This document shows, in pieces, positions 1 to 8,226 of a stretch of DNA of 64,000 nucleotides (positions within the stretch are counted from its first letter, which is position 1; each line of letters opens with the position of its first letter). The DNA comes from Planctomycetota bacterium. Its GTDB lineage: Bacteria; Planctomycetota; UBA1135; GCA-002686595. A program made the translations under genes and the position numbers. The stretch lies in NCBI GenBank assembly GCA_028278425.1, contig JANQEJ010000327.1:16382-80381 (forward strand). Direction: 5' to 3'. A model generated the notes under the pieces. That model did not search any database and was not told the origin of the DNA. It was given only the letters and a program-made list of their open reading frames with translations.

Positions 1-11
1 GGAGGTGACGC

Positions 12-1238
12 ATGAAGTGGGTGAACGAAGGGCCGATCCGCCCGGCGCTGCGCATGCTCAGGAACGTGGAGACACCCTGGTGGTCGTGCTTGCCCAAGGC
101 GATGCACGGACCGCTGCTGCTTGCCGCGGCGCAGCGCGGAGAGCCCTTGCAGTCCGGGGAGCTGTCGGGAAACTACGCCGCTGGGCTGGGCGCCTTGGTG
201 GAGGGCCTGGAGGCGATCGGGTTCACGCTGTTCGAGCGTCGGTACGGCGCGAGCTTTGATGTGGAGTCCGCATCCACGGTGCTCGCGAACGAGCGGGGCT
301 ACGTGGTCGTGCAGCCGGGCCCCGGTCACGACCGTTGCCGCATGCGCCTGGCCTGGTTCAGCCACGACCCGGGCTTGCCGTCGGCAATGGAGGCGCTCAG
401 CGCCGACTTCGACCGAACCGAGATCAACAAGCGGGCCCTCTACGTCATCGCTCAGGGGCGCCATGGCCTCACCATGAGCGTCGCTTCGCGCGACATCGCG
501 CGCCCGCTCGAGCGCGGCAACTACGGCGCGCCGACGCTCGCGGCGTATGACCGAGCCGTCGCCGACCTCCAGTTGAGCGATCCGGGTGGGCGCCTGGTGA
601 TCATCGACGGCCCGACGGGCACCGGCAAGACGTGGATGATCCGCGGCCTGATGGACGCGTGTCCGCACGCACGCTTCATTCACTGCTCGCCCACACTCGT
701 CGCGAGCCTCAACGGCCCCGACTTCATGCCGCTGCTGATGGAGGACCGGCTCATGAATGAGGTGAGTATAGGCTCCGACGGCGTGCCCTTGGTGCTGATC
801 ATCGAGGACGGCGACGCGTGCTTGCTCAAGCGGGCCGGCGACAACATGAACCAGATCCAGGCGCTGCTGAACACGGTCGACGGCCTGATGAGCGCGGCAT
901 TCGATTTGCGCGCGATCGTCACCACGAACTCGAGCCACCTGCGCAACCGCAACGAGGAGATCGACGAGGCCATGACGCGGGCTGGTCGCCTGTCGGAGCG
1001 GATCACGGTGCCGAAGCTCGACGGTCCTCACCACTACGCGGTGCTCGAGCGGCTGGTGGGAGGGCCGGAGATCGAGCAGGACGCTCGGATGGCCCACGAC
1101 AAGCGATATTCGCTCGCCGAGGTCTACGCGCATGCCCGCATGCTCGGATGGACGCCTGCCGCCCTCCCCCACACCGTCCCTCCACGCCGCGGCGGCGCAA
1201 CAAGGGAGAGGGAGATCCTCGGGCGCCGGGGATATTGA
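12..1238 (+). CDS. AAA+ ATPase with uncharacterised N-terminal domain
   Basis: 408-aa ORF; Walker A GPTGTGKTW, Walker B LVLIIEDGD, arginine-finger-like TRAGRLSERI. Confidence 0.8.
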   Translation: MKWVNEGPIRPALRMLRNVETPWWSCLPKAMHGPLLLAAAQRGEPLQSGELSGNYAAGLGALVEGLEAIGFTLFERRYGASFDVESASTVLANERGYVVVQPGPGHDRCRMRLAWFSHDPGLPSAMEALSADFDRTEINKRALYVIAQGRHGLTMSVASRDIARPLERGNYGAPTLAAYDRAVADLQLSDPGGRLVIIDGPTGTGKTWMIRGLMDACPHARFIHCSPTLVASLNGPDFMPLLMEDRLMNEVSIGSDGVPLVLIIEDGDACLLKRAGDNMNQIQALLNTVDGLMSAAFDLRAIVTTNSSHLRNRNEEIDEAMTRAGRLSERITVPKLDGPHHYAVLERLVGGPEIEQDARMAHDKRYSLAEVYAHARMLGWTPAALPHTVPPRRGGATREREILGRRGY

Positions 1239-1465
1239 TGGAGAAGAAGAGGACAGGCGTTGCGCTGCGCGTCGAGCAGTACGACGACGAGGGCGAGCTC
1301 GCGCGCGTCTTCACGTGGAACCGCGAGACGCTCATGCTCGGCCGGCTCGACTGCCGCAAGAACCACACGCTCCACATCCTGTGCCCGGACGAGTCCGAGG
1401 CGCTGAAGTACATCCGCCTCTTCGTGGACCACGAGAACACGTGGGGATGGGCAGAACGGCAATGA
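1238..1465 (+). CDS. hypothetical protein
   Basis: In-frame ATG at 1238 abutting the stop of the ATPase gene; non-repetitive 75-aa product; ATGA overlap with the next gene. Confidence 0.5.
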   Translation: MEKKRTGVALRVEQYDDEGELARVFTWNRETLMLGRLDCRKNHTLHILCPDESEALKYIRLFVDHENTWGWAERQ

Positions 1466-2154
1466 GCCAGCGCGACTGGAAAGAGTCCGAGCTGTTCGGC
1501 GGTCCCGACGACGAGCGCTACTCGCACGAGTGTCCGGACGAGTACGCGCTCGATCAGCTCGATGACATGGTCCCGCGCAGCCCGATGTCGACCGAGGACA
1601 TGATCGCGTGGATGCGCCGCGAGGAGGTGGTGATCGACGTCGCCGGGTACAAGCGCGCGTCCCTCGCGAGCGACCTGATCACCCAGGGTGCCGGCTGGGG
1701 TGCGGACGCGACGATCGACTGCTGGGCCGACGAAAGTGTGCTCGACCCGGAGGACTTCCAGGGCACGGAGCAGATGCGCGATGCGCTGATGCAGGCCTAC
1801 CTCGCGGCGGCGGTGCGTCTGCTGCGAGACCGAGGAGGTCCCTGGCACTGCGAGTACGTGGTGATGCACACCTACCAGACCGAAGAGCTGGTCTCGCTGA
1901 TGCTCGGCAACAGCGGGCGCTGTGCGGTCGACGACTGGATGGCCGCGAACCAAGACCTGATCGCCGACCATGCCGGCGACGTCATCGCGATCGATCCGGC
2001 GAGGGGGATCGTCGCGGCGGCGCCGACGCTGGAGACCGTCTACTTGACGGTCGAGAGTCTCGGCCTGGTCAACGAGGTCACGCTTCACTCGGTCCCTCGG
2101 GACCTGGCGAAAGGACAAGAGGATGGGCAACCGAAAGAAGAAGAGGGTCGATGA
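1462..2154 (+). CDS. hypothetical protein
   Basis: ATG 1462 overlaps the previous stop (ATGA); acidic, protein-like composition (MSQRDWKESELFGGPDDE...). Confidence 0.55.
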   Translation: MSQRDWKESELFGGPDDERYSHECPDEYALDQLDDMVPRSPMSTEDMIAWMRREEVVIDVAGYKRASLASDLITQGAGWGADATIDCWADESVLDPEDFQGTEQMRDALMQAYLAAAVRLLRDRGGPWHCEYVVMHTYQTEELVSLMLGNSGRCAVDDWMAANQDLIADHAGDVIAIDPARGIVAAAPTLETVYLTVESLGLVNEVTLHSVPRDLAKGQEDGQPKEEEGR

Positions 2155-2641
2155 TCTGAGCGACGCGCAGGTGCGGAAGATCCGCAAGGACTACGCGTCG
2201 GGACGCAAGAGCCAGCGCGAGCTCGGCGAGAAGTACGGCCTGCGCACGCATCAGATCGGGCGCCTGACGCGGGGCGCGGCACGGGCGGACGCGGGTGGAC
2301 CGATCAGCTCGAACCTCCACAAGAAGCTGACGAAGCGAGAAGTCGCCACCCTGCGGCGCCGCTACAAGAGGGGGGAGGCCAGCCAGGCGACGCTCGCGCG
2401 CGAGTACGGTGTGAGCGCGGCCTCGGTCTCCCGCATGGTGCGGGGCTTCACCTACGACGAGGTCGGGGGCCCGCGCGTCCCGAAGGGGGGCATGCCGCAC
2501 GGGCGGAAGCTGACGCCCAAGCAGATCCTCGACGTCGCGAAGTCGAGCAGCAACATGAGCGAGCTCGCGCGCAAGTACGGCGTGAGCCGCCAGGCGATCC
2601 AGGCCCTGCGCAAGCGCTGGGCGCCGCGCCTCGCAAGCTGA
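2123..2641 (+). CDS. DNA-binding protein with three tandem helix-turn-helix repeats
   Basis: Three internal repeats: SQRELGEKYGLRTHQIGRLTRG / SQATLAREYGVSAASVSRMVRG / NMSELARKYGVSRQAIQALRKR; SD-like agagg before the ATG. Confidence 0.6.
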   Translation: MGNRKKKRVDDLSDAQVRKIRKDYASGRKSQRELGEKYGLRTHQIGRLTRGAARADAGGPISSNLHKKLTKREVATLRRRYKRGEASQATLAREYGVSAASVSRMVRGFTYDEVGGPRVPKGGMPHGRKLTPKQILDVAKSSSNMSELARKYGVSRQAIQALRKRWAPRLAS

Positions 2642-2648
2642 GGGGACG

Positions 2649-3680
2649 ATGGCGTTCCCGACTCACGAGCAGATCGGCACCTACCTCGAGGCGACGGGGT
2701 GGGTGCGCGACGCCGAGCCTGAGGAGACGATCCCCTGGATCACCTACAGCGGCCCCGGTGGCAACCGGGTGCGGCTGCTGGCTCGTCCGGACTACGGCGA
2801 CTACGAGCTGCACAACCGGAAGGCTCTTCAGGTGGTCGCCCATTTGGAGCGGCGCCCCTCCCCAGAGGATCAGGTCGCCGCCGCCGTCGCGGACCTGGGC
2901 GCGCTTGAGGGCGTCGAAGAGGTCGACGCCGCGGCCGAAAAGGGCGATTGGGCCAACGTGATGGCCTTGGCCGAACGCATGGTGAACCGCTCGCCGACCG
3001 ACAGGGCCAAGCTGTGGGGAGCAGTGGTCTACGGGATGGCGGCGTGCATGCTCAAGTACGCGCTCACCGGAGACTCCTCGCCGGTCGAGACCGTGACCGG
3101 GCGCGTGCCGTTCCCGGACCTGCGCAAGCGCGCGGCTCGCCGCGCCAAGCGCATCGCGGACGACCCGAAGCGGCAACAGAGCCTCGTCGATCCGGAGACG
3201 CTGCAGGAGGCGCAGGACAGCTTCCGCCAGCGCCTCTTCGAGGGCAAGACCCCGAAGTGCCCATGCTGCGGGCGCAAGGGGAAGGTGTACAAGCGCAAGC
3301 TCAACAGCGGCATGGCGCGCATGCTGATCCGCTTCTACGAGGTGCACTTCCGGCTGCCCTGTCAGGAGTGGGTCCACGTGCACGACCTGTTCGGCGGCTT
3401 CGGTCAGAAGCACCGCGATTGGCCGGTGCTGCGGCTCTGGGGGCTGCTCGAGCGCAAGGACAAGCGCACGGACAAGGAGAACGCGAGCGGGTTCTGGAAG
3501 CTGACGGCGAAGGGTCGCGCGTTCGTGCGCGGCGAGGGCGAGGTGCCCAAGCACGTGTTCATGTACAACCGGCAGAAGGTGGATGAGAGCGACGAGCGGA
3601 TCACGATCCGCCAGGCGCTGGGAGACGCCTTCGACTACGCGGAGCTGATGACGGTCTTCAACGCGGGTGTCCCACGATGA
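2649..3680 (+). CDS. hypothetical protein with CxxC zinc ribbon and probable winged-helix C-terminus
   Basis: 343-aa ORF; KCPCCGRKGKVYKRKLNSGMARMLIRFY motif followed by WKLTAKGRAFVRGEGEVP. Confidence 0.55.
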   Translation: MAFPTHEQIGTYLEATGWVRDAEPEETIPWITYSGPGGNRVRLLARPDYGDYELHNRKALQVVAHLERRPSPEDQVAAAVADLGALEGVEEVDAAAEKGDWANVMALAERMVNRSPTDRAKLWGAVVYGMAACMLKYALTGDSSPVETVTGRVPFPDLRKRAARRAKRIADDPKRQQSLVDPETLQEAQDSFRQRLFEGKTPKCPCCGRKGKVYKRKLNSGMARMLIRFYEVHFRLPCQEWVHVHDLFGGFGQKHRDWPVLRLWGLLERKDKRTDKENASGFWKLTAKGRAFVRGEGEVPKHVFMYNRQKVDESDERITIRQALGDAFDYAELMTVFNAGVPR

Positions 3681-4018
3681 ATGACCCGTACCGTCACGAT
3701 GAAGTCGCAGCGCTCAAGCGGCGCGTGGCCGAGCTCGAAGCTGAGCTTGAGGTGTACCAGAACCTCCCGGGGAGCGAGTGGGCTCGAACTGCGTGGCTTG
3801 CTCTGCGCCAGGCGCAGCAGGAGAGCGCAGCGGTCGATGAGTTGCAGTTGTGGGCCGCTGCGATCGAGAGGGACCGCCGCAAGCAAAGAAGGGAAGAGCG
3901 GAGCACGCGACAAGAGCAGCGTCGTGTTGCCCGGCGTCGACGTGAGGGGTGGGCGCTATGGGCGCTGCTGATGCTGGCCTTCTTCGTATTGGCGCTCGTG
4001 GGGGGGTACCCCTGGTGA
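3677..4018 (+). CDS. hypothetical coiled-coil protein with C-terminal transmembrane helix
   Basis: ATGA overlap with the previous gene; C-terminal WALWALLMLAFFVLALVGG. Confidence 0.5.
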   Translation: MNDPYRHDEVAALKRRVAELEAELEVYQNLPGSEWARTAWLALRQAQQESAAVDELQLWAAAIERDRRKQRREERSTRQEQRRVARRRREGWALWALLMLAFFVLALVGGYPW

Positions 4019-4335
4019 GCCCCGAGCTGCAACACCTGCACGAGGTCTTGGCCGCGCTCACCGAAAAGTGGCGCGATTTGGGCCTCCCGGTGGAGGATCG
4101 CCTCAATGCAAAGCTCCGGGCTGGACGGATACGACGTGCGCTCATGCCGGACTTGCTCGCGTTGGCCAAGGCGGTAGAGGAGCGCTTTGGGGTGAGTCGC
4201 GAGCAGCCCTTCGGGGCTGAAGACGCCGACCCGGTGGCTGGCACGATCGGCATCACTGAGGCCAGCTTCAATCTGCGCGCCCGCATCCGAGAGGAGCTGC
4301 GCTTGGGCCGCGATATCTACGAGGAGCGGTCATGA
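4015..4335 (+). CDS. hypothetical protein
   Basis: GTG at 4015 overlaps the previous TGA (GTGA); the upstream in-frame ATG at 3949 would overlap the previous gene by 70 nt. Confidence 0.45.
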   Translation: MSPELQHLHEVLAALTEKWRDLGLPVEDRLNAKLRAGRIRRALMPDLLALAKAVEERFGVSREQPFGAEDADPVAGTIGITEASFNLRARIREELRLGRDIYEERS

Positions 4336-4562
4336 GCTGGTTCACGGAGATGCTCAAGGGAGTGCGGCAACAGCGCAACCCGCCCGCGCCCGAGCCGACG
4401 GTCGAGGTCGACGGCATTGCCTACACCGCGGCCGACGTCCGCGAGCTGCTGGCCGAGCGTCAGCGGCTGATCCGCGAGCACGAGGCTCGCGTGATCGCTC
4501 TGCAGGAGGCCCTCTACGAGGCCTCCATGATGATCGTGGAAGGAACGAGTTCAAAGGAATGA
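4332..4562 (+). CDS. hypothetical protein
   Basis: 76-aa ORF, ATGA-coupled to the previous gene. Confidence 0.5.
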   Translation: MSWFTEMLKGVRQQRNPPAPEPTVEVDGIAYTAADVRELLAERQRLIREHEARVIALQEALYEASMMIVEGTSSKE

Positions 4563-4812
4563 GGGCCCCGGCCTCCCTTGGGCACTATCGAGCCCCGGCC
4601 CACCCGGCTGCGCGTCGTGCGTGGCGCGGATTCGGGAGCCGAAAAGGACCGGAAGAGGGCGGGTCTTCTTGCCCGGGGAGCGGTCGCGGCGCCGTCCCTC
4701 GAAAAGCCGCATTCCGCATCTGCGACATGGTCGAGCGCATCAACCAAGGGTCGGTGTTCGGATGGTCCGGGCACGCGGGTTCAAACCCCGCCGGGTGCAT
4801 TGGGGGGTCACC

Positions 4813-6108
4813 ATGAGTCAATCGACAGAGCAAGTGCATTTCACGGTGGACGGCGCGGGTTTCACCGAGCTGGTCCGCAACATCCTTCTCGGCGAGCGGC
4901 CGGACGTCGCGTGGCGGATGGCCGCGCGTGGTCTCGTGGGCGACGGCAGCGAGGCGGTCGCTCGGGGCCTGTTGGACGGCACGCTCCGCCTCGTCAACGT
5001 CTCCAAGGACACCGTCACGGCCGCGCCCGATGCCGACGAGGACTACCAGCGCGATCTCCGGTACATCTACGCGGGGCGCCGGCGTGACGCGGACGGCACG
5101 TGGTGGCGTCCGGCCGCCGTCGTGCTGGGCGCGAGCGCAGCGGCTCGCCGCGCAGCCGCAGAGAAGGCGGACACCGAGCAGCCGTCGCCCGGCGCTGCGC
5201 TGCGCGAGTGGGCGCGCCTGGTGGCCGAGTACTACGCCGACGGCCACGAGCGGGTGAGACTGGTCGGGGGGCGTTGGACGATCTGGGAGCCATGCGGCGA
5301 GCGGCCCTTCTGGTGGGACTCGCCCTCGACGTGGCAGGCCGCGTGGTCGGAGGCCGAGGCCGCGAAACGCGCGATCGAGGAGCGCGGCGCCGCCGATTCA
5401 CGAGTGCTTATCCATGAGCTTGCGCGCGAGGGCGACGCGGATTGGGTGCACGAGGTGTTTGCGCATGCCGAGGCGGAGCGGCGTGCGATCTGGCACTGGG
5501 AGCTCGGAGAGCAGGTGCGCGCGCAGGCTGGCGACGACACCTTCGAGCTCGTCGTCGAGGCGTCTGGCGACGGGCCCGAGCGGCGGCTGACGGTGCCCAG
5601 GGCACCGTTCTGGCACTGGGCGCTGGCCAGCACGAAGCTCGCCCACCTCGCGCCTCCGTGGGAGGTCGTGTCGCCGGTCGGGCTGAAGCTGACATTCGAC
5701 GACCCCTACCACAGCGACTGGATGCTGGGCGCTGGCCTCGACCTGCGGGAAGACTACAGCGCGTTCGGCTCCGAGCCGGTGAGCGACGCTGCGATGGACG
5801 CGCGCTTTGAGCTGCAGAGGCGGCTTGGTTCGTACGAGGTCGCGGTCCTGGCCGACGGCGGCGAGGTGACCGGCGTGGTGGGCAAGGACGTCGCGGTCCT
5901 CCCGACCCTCGGTCCGGAGCATGCCGAGGTCGCGATGGTGAGCCGGGCCATCATTGCGGAGCGCGGCGGCGCGTTGGCTCACCTGGCGGTCGTGGGCCGC
6001 GAGCTCGGCCTGACGATCGTCCGCGACCGAGACGCGGTCTTTCGCTACCCGAAGGGCTGCGTCGTCACCATCAATCCCAGCAACGGCACCGTGAGGATCC
6101 AGCAATGA
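4813..6108 (+). CDS. protein with C-terminal PEP-utilising-enzyme mobile (swivelling phosphohistidine) domain
   Basis: C-terminus GEVTGVVGKDVAVLPTL...AIIAERGGALAHLAVVGRELGLTIV...GCVVTINPSNGTVRI matches the PF00391-type motif GG..SH.A..ARE.G.P; start set at ATG 4813 because the upstream in-frame part is Arg-rich junk. Confidence 0.65.
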   Translation: MSQSTEQVHFTVDGAGFTELVRNILLGERPDVAWRMAARGLVGDGSEAVARGLLDGTLRLVNVSKDTVTAAPDADEDYQRDLRYIYAGRRRDADGTWWRPAAVVLGASAAARRAAAEKADTEQPSPGAALREWARLVAEYYADGHERVRLVGGRWTIWEPCGERPFWWDSPSTWQAAWSEAEAAKRAIEERGAADSRVLIHELAREGDADWVHEVFAHAEAERRAIWHWELGEQVRAQAGDDTFELVVEASGDGPERRLTVPRAPFWHWALASTKLAHLAPPWEVVSPVGLKLTFDDPYHSDWMLGAGLDLREDYSAFGSEPVSDAAMDARFELQRRLGSYEVAVLADGGEVTGVVGKDVAVLPTLGPEHAEVAMVSRAIIAERGGALAHLAVVGRELGLTIVRDRDAVFRYPKGCVVTINPSNGTVRIQQ

Positions 6109-6737
6109 CCACTGAACCCCAAGAGCCGGAGGCCCAGCCTCCCGACCAGGAGGCGCCGGAGCGATCGGAGCAGCGCTCGCCGCTGGAGAGGTGGCGAGAC
6201 GCGCCGCCCGAAGCGCGGGAGAGCGTGCTCTGCATGCTGTACCAGGAGTACCTGCGCGTCACCCGGAGCGGACACATCGCGGTGATGCGCCACAACGCGC
6301 TGCGGGAGCAGCTCAGCACGACTGAGCCGCGCGACACCGAGATCGCGATCGGCGCCACGGCTGGCGCGTATGCCAGCGTCAGGAGCGCGCAGCTCGAGGC
6401 GGCGGCGCTGGATGCGGCACACCAGGTGCTCGTGGACCAGGCGCAGCCTCAGGATTCCGGCGACGAGGGGCTTTCGTTCGCGGCGTTGGTGTCTCGCATC
6501 GCTTACGCGAAGGAGATCGTCTCCCGCTGGGAGCAGCGCTACGAGCGGCGCATCGAGGTCCTGCGCGACCGGCTGAGGGAGGAGCAGGACCCGTACACGA
6601 GGGGCGTTTTGCTCGCGAGGCAGACGGTCTACACCACCGTGCTCACGGAGCTGATGGGGGCCTGTAGCCGCGGCCAGATGCCGCGGCCGCCCGAAGAGGA
6701 CGCCGAGCTTCGGCGCGACGAGGAGCAGAGATCGTGA
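6105..6737 (+). CDS. hypothetical protein
   Basis: 210-aa ORF, ATGA-coupled on both sides. Confidence 0.55.
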   Translation: MTTEPQEPEAQPPDQEAPERSEQRSPLERWRDAPPEARESVLCMLYQEYLRVTRSGHIAVMRHNALREQLSTTEPRDTEIAIGATAGAYASVRSAQLEAAALDAAHQVLVDQAQPQDSGDEGLSFAALVSRIAYAKEIVSRWEQRYERRIEVLRDRLREEQDPYTRGVLLARQTVYTTVLTELMGACSRGQMPRPPEEDAELRRDEEQRS

Positions 6738-7321
6738 ACGACCTTCCCTTCGACATCGACAAGCCCGGGGAGATCAGGACGCTCAGCGGTCACTACCTCG
6801 ACGTGTTCGACCCGGACCCCGCGACGCTGGACATTCGCGACATCGCCCGCGGTCTCGCGCTGCGACCGCGGTACGGTGCGCAGTTGCCGGAGGACTACTC
6901 CATCGGAGAGCACTCGTGCCACGTGCATGACGTGGTGCAGCGGCTCTATCCGAAAGCCACTCGCGCGGAGCTGTTGGCGTCGCTGCTGCACGACGCGCCC
7001 GAGGCCTACATTGGCGACATGCCCAAGCCGATCAAGATGAAGCTGCCGGGCTACCAGGCGCTCGAGACCATTCTTCTCGGTGCGATCTTCGAGCGGTGCC
7101 ACCTCGACGTGTCGTTGCTCGACAAGGGCTCGCCGATCGACCGCATCGACAAGCAGATCCGCTACGCCGAGCGGTTCTGGATCTACAACGACCCCATTCC
7201 GGAGGAGGCGCCCGACTGGGCGCACAAGGTGATCGTGCGCTTCTGGAGCAGCGAGCGCGCCGAGGCGGAGTTCCTGGGACGGTACGCGGCGCTCGTGGGC
7301 CCGCTGCCGCGGGGCTACTGA
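6734..7321 (+). CDS. HD-domain phosphohydrolase (YfbR-like 5'-deoxynucleotidase family)
   Basis: YSIGEHSCHVHDVV and LLHDAPEAYIGDMPKPIK motifs; GTG start overlapping the previous TGA. Confidence 0.75.
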   Translation: MNDLPFDIDKPGEIRTLSGHYLDVFDPDPATLDIRDIARGLALRPRYGAQLPEDYSIGEHSCHVHDVVQRLYPKATRAELLASLLHDAPEAYIGDMPKPIKMKLPGYQALETILLGAIFERCHLDVSLLDKGSPIDRIDKQIRYAERFWIYNDPIPEEAPDWAHKVIVRFWSSERAEAEFLGRYAALVGPLPRGY

Positions 7322-7947
7322 TGGCGCGCCCCGAGGATGTCTCTCACGGGCACCTGCACGGCGAGCTCGTGATGATCCGCTTCGAGCGGCTCTGCGCGCC
7401 CGAGCGTGAGTTCGTGATGGAAAAGGGCTACGGCCCCGACACGGTCGCGCGCGTGGTCATGGTCTCGAGCATGGGCGACGTCGGCCTGACCCGAAGGCTG
7501 GCGGCCGAGCGCGGCTACGACCTCCGGCTCGACCCGCCGAAGGTGCGCGTCCTGACGGGGCGCGACCGGGAGACGGCGAAGCGGCTCGTGAAGCTCGCCC
7601 GGGCGGCTCGGGGCAAGGAGATGGTTACGGCCGCGATGGCTGCCATCTACCAAGCGCTCGAGGCCGCGCGAGACGAGGGGCCGCTCGCCGACGCGGGTGC
7701 GGTGCAGTTCATCCACCACCCGAACGGCGCGCTCGTCGACGCGACGCGCTGTCCCCGGCACGCGGAGGACGAAGAGGTCCGCACGGCCTACCGTCGCGAG
7801 CACGGGTCGCCTCGTGGCGTCGAGCTGCCCTGCATGTGCCGGTTGGTGGCACGAGTGATCTACGCGAGCGAGGAGGTGGAGGCGGCGGCGGTCGAAGCGA
7901 TCAAGCGCTCCTACGAGCGGAACGCAGGGGCAGCTCGGCGCCTTTGA
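7321..7947 (+). CDS. hypothetical protein; its stop codon lies inside the first hairpin repeat
   Basis: ATG 7321 overlaps the previous TGA by 1 nt; C-terminus ...NAGAARRL* is encoded by repeat copy U1 (7929-7956). Confidence 0.55.
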   Translation: MARPEDVSHGHLHGELVMIRFERLCAPEREFVMEKGYGPDTVARVVMVSSMGDVGLTRRLAAERGYDLRLDPPKVRVLTGRDRETAKRLVKLARAARGKEMVTAAMAAIYQALEAARDEGPLADAGAVQFIHHPNGALVDATRCPRHAEDEEVRTAYRREHGSPRGVELPCMCRLVARVIYASEEVEAAAVEAIKRSYERNAGAARRL

Positions 7948-8210
7948 AGCCGTGACTGGAACGAACGACGGCAGCCCGGCGCCTTCGAAGTCGGGACGTG
8001 TAGGTGTGCGCGGCGAGCCCCGAAAGGCGCCACGAGAGCGTGAAGGCAGCTCGGCGCCTTTGAAGCTGGGACCGATCGGGAAATCGCGGAGCGTGAAGGC
8101 AGCTCGGCGCCCTGAAGCCGGGACGGGGGCCAAAGGCAGCTCGGCGCCTTTGAAGCCGGGACCGCATACGGCGTGAGGAGAAGGCAGCTCGGCGCCTTTG
8201 GGTCGGGAAA
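7929..8210 (+). CRISPR. upstream CRISPR-like array: 6 direct copies of a ~28-nt hairpin repeat with irregular spacing
   Basis: Copies start at 7929, 7970, 8045, 8098, 8135 and 8183. Subfamily consensus is GGCAGCTCGGCGCCTTTGAAGCCGGGAC. Spacers are 13, 47, 25, 10 and 20 nt. The last copy is degenerate. Confidence 0.6.
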
Positions 8211-8226
8211 AAGAGGAGCGAAGAGG

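Noticed and set aside
4720-4800. A complete tRNA gene ending at the T-arm-like sequence 4775-4799
   Set aside because: I could not find a 5' acceptor strand complementary to CGGGTGC, nor a 5-7-5 anticodon arm or a D-arm upstream. Only the T-arm and 3' acceptor strand are tRNA-like.
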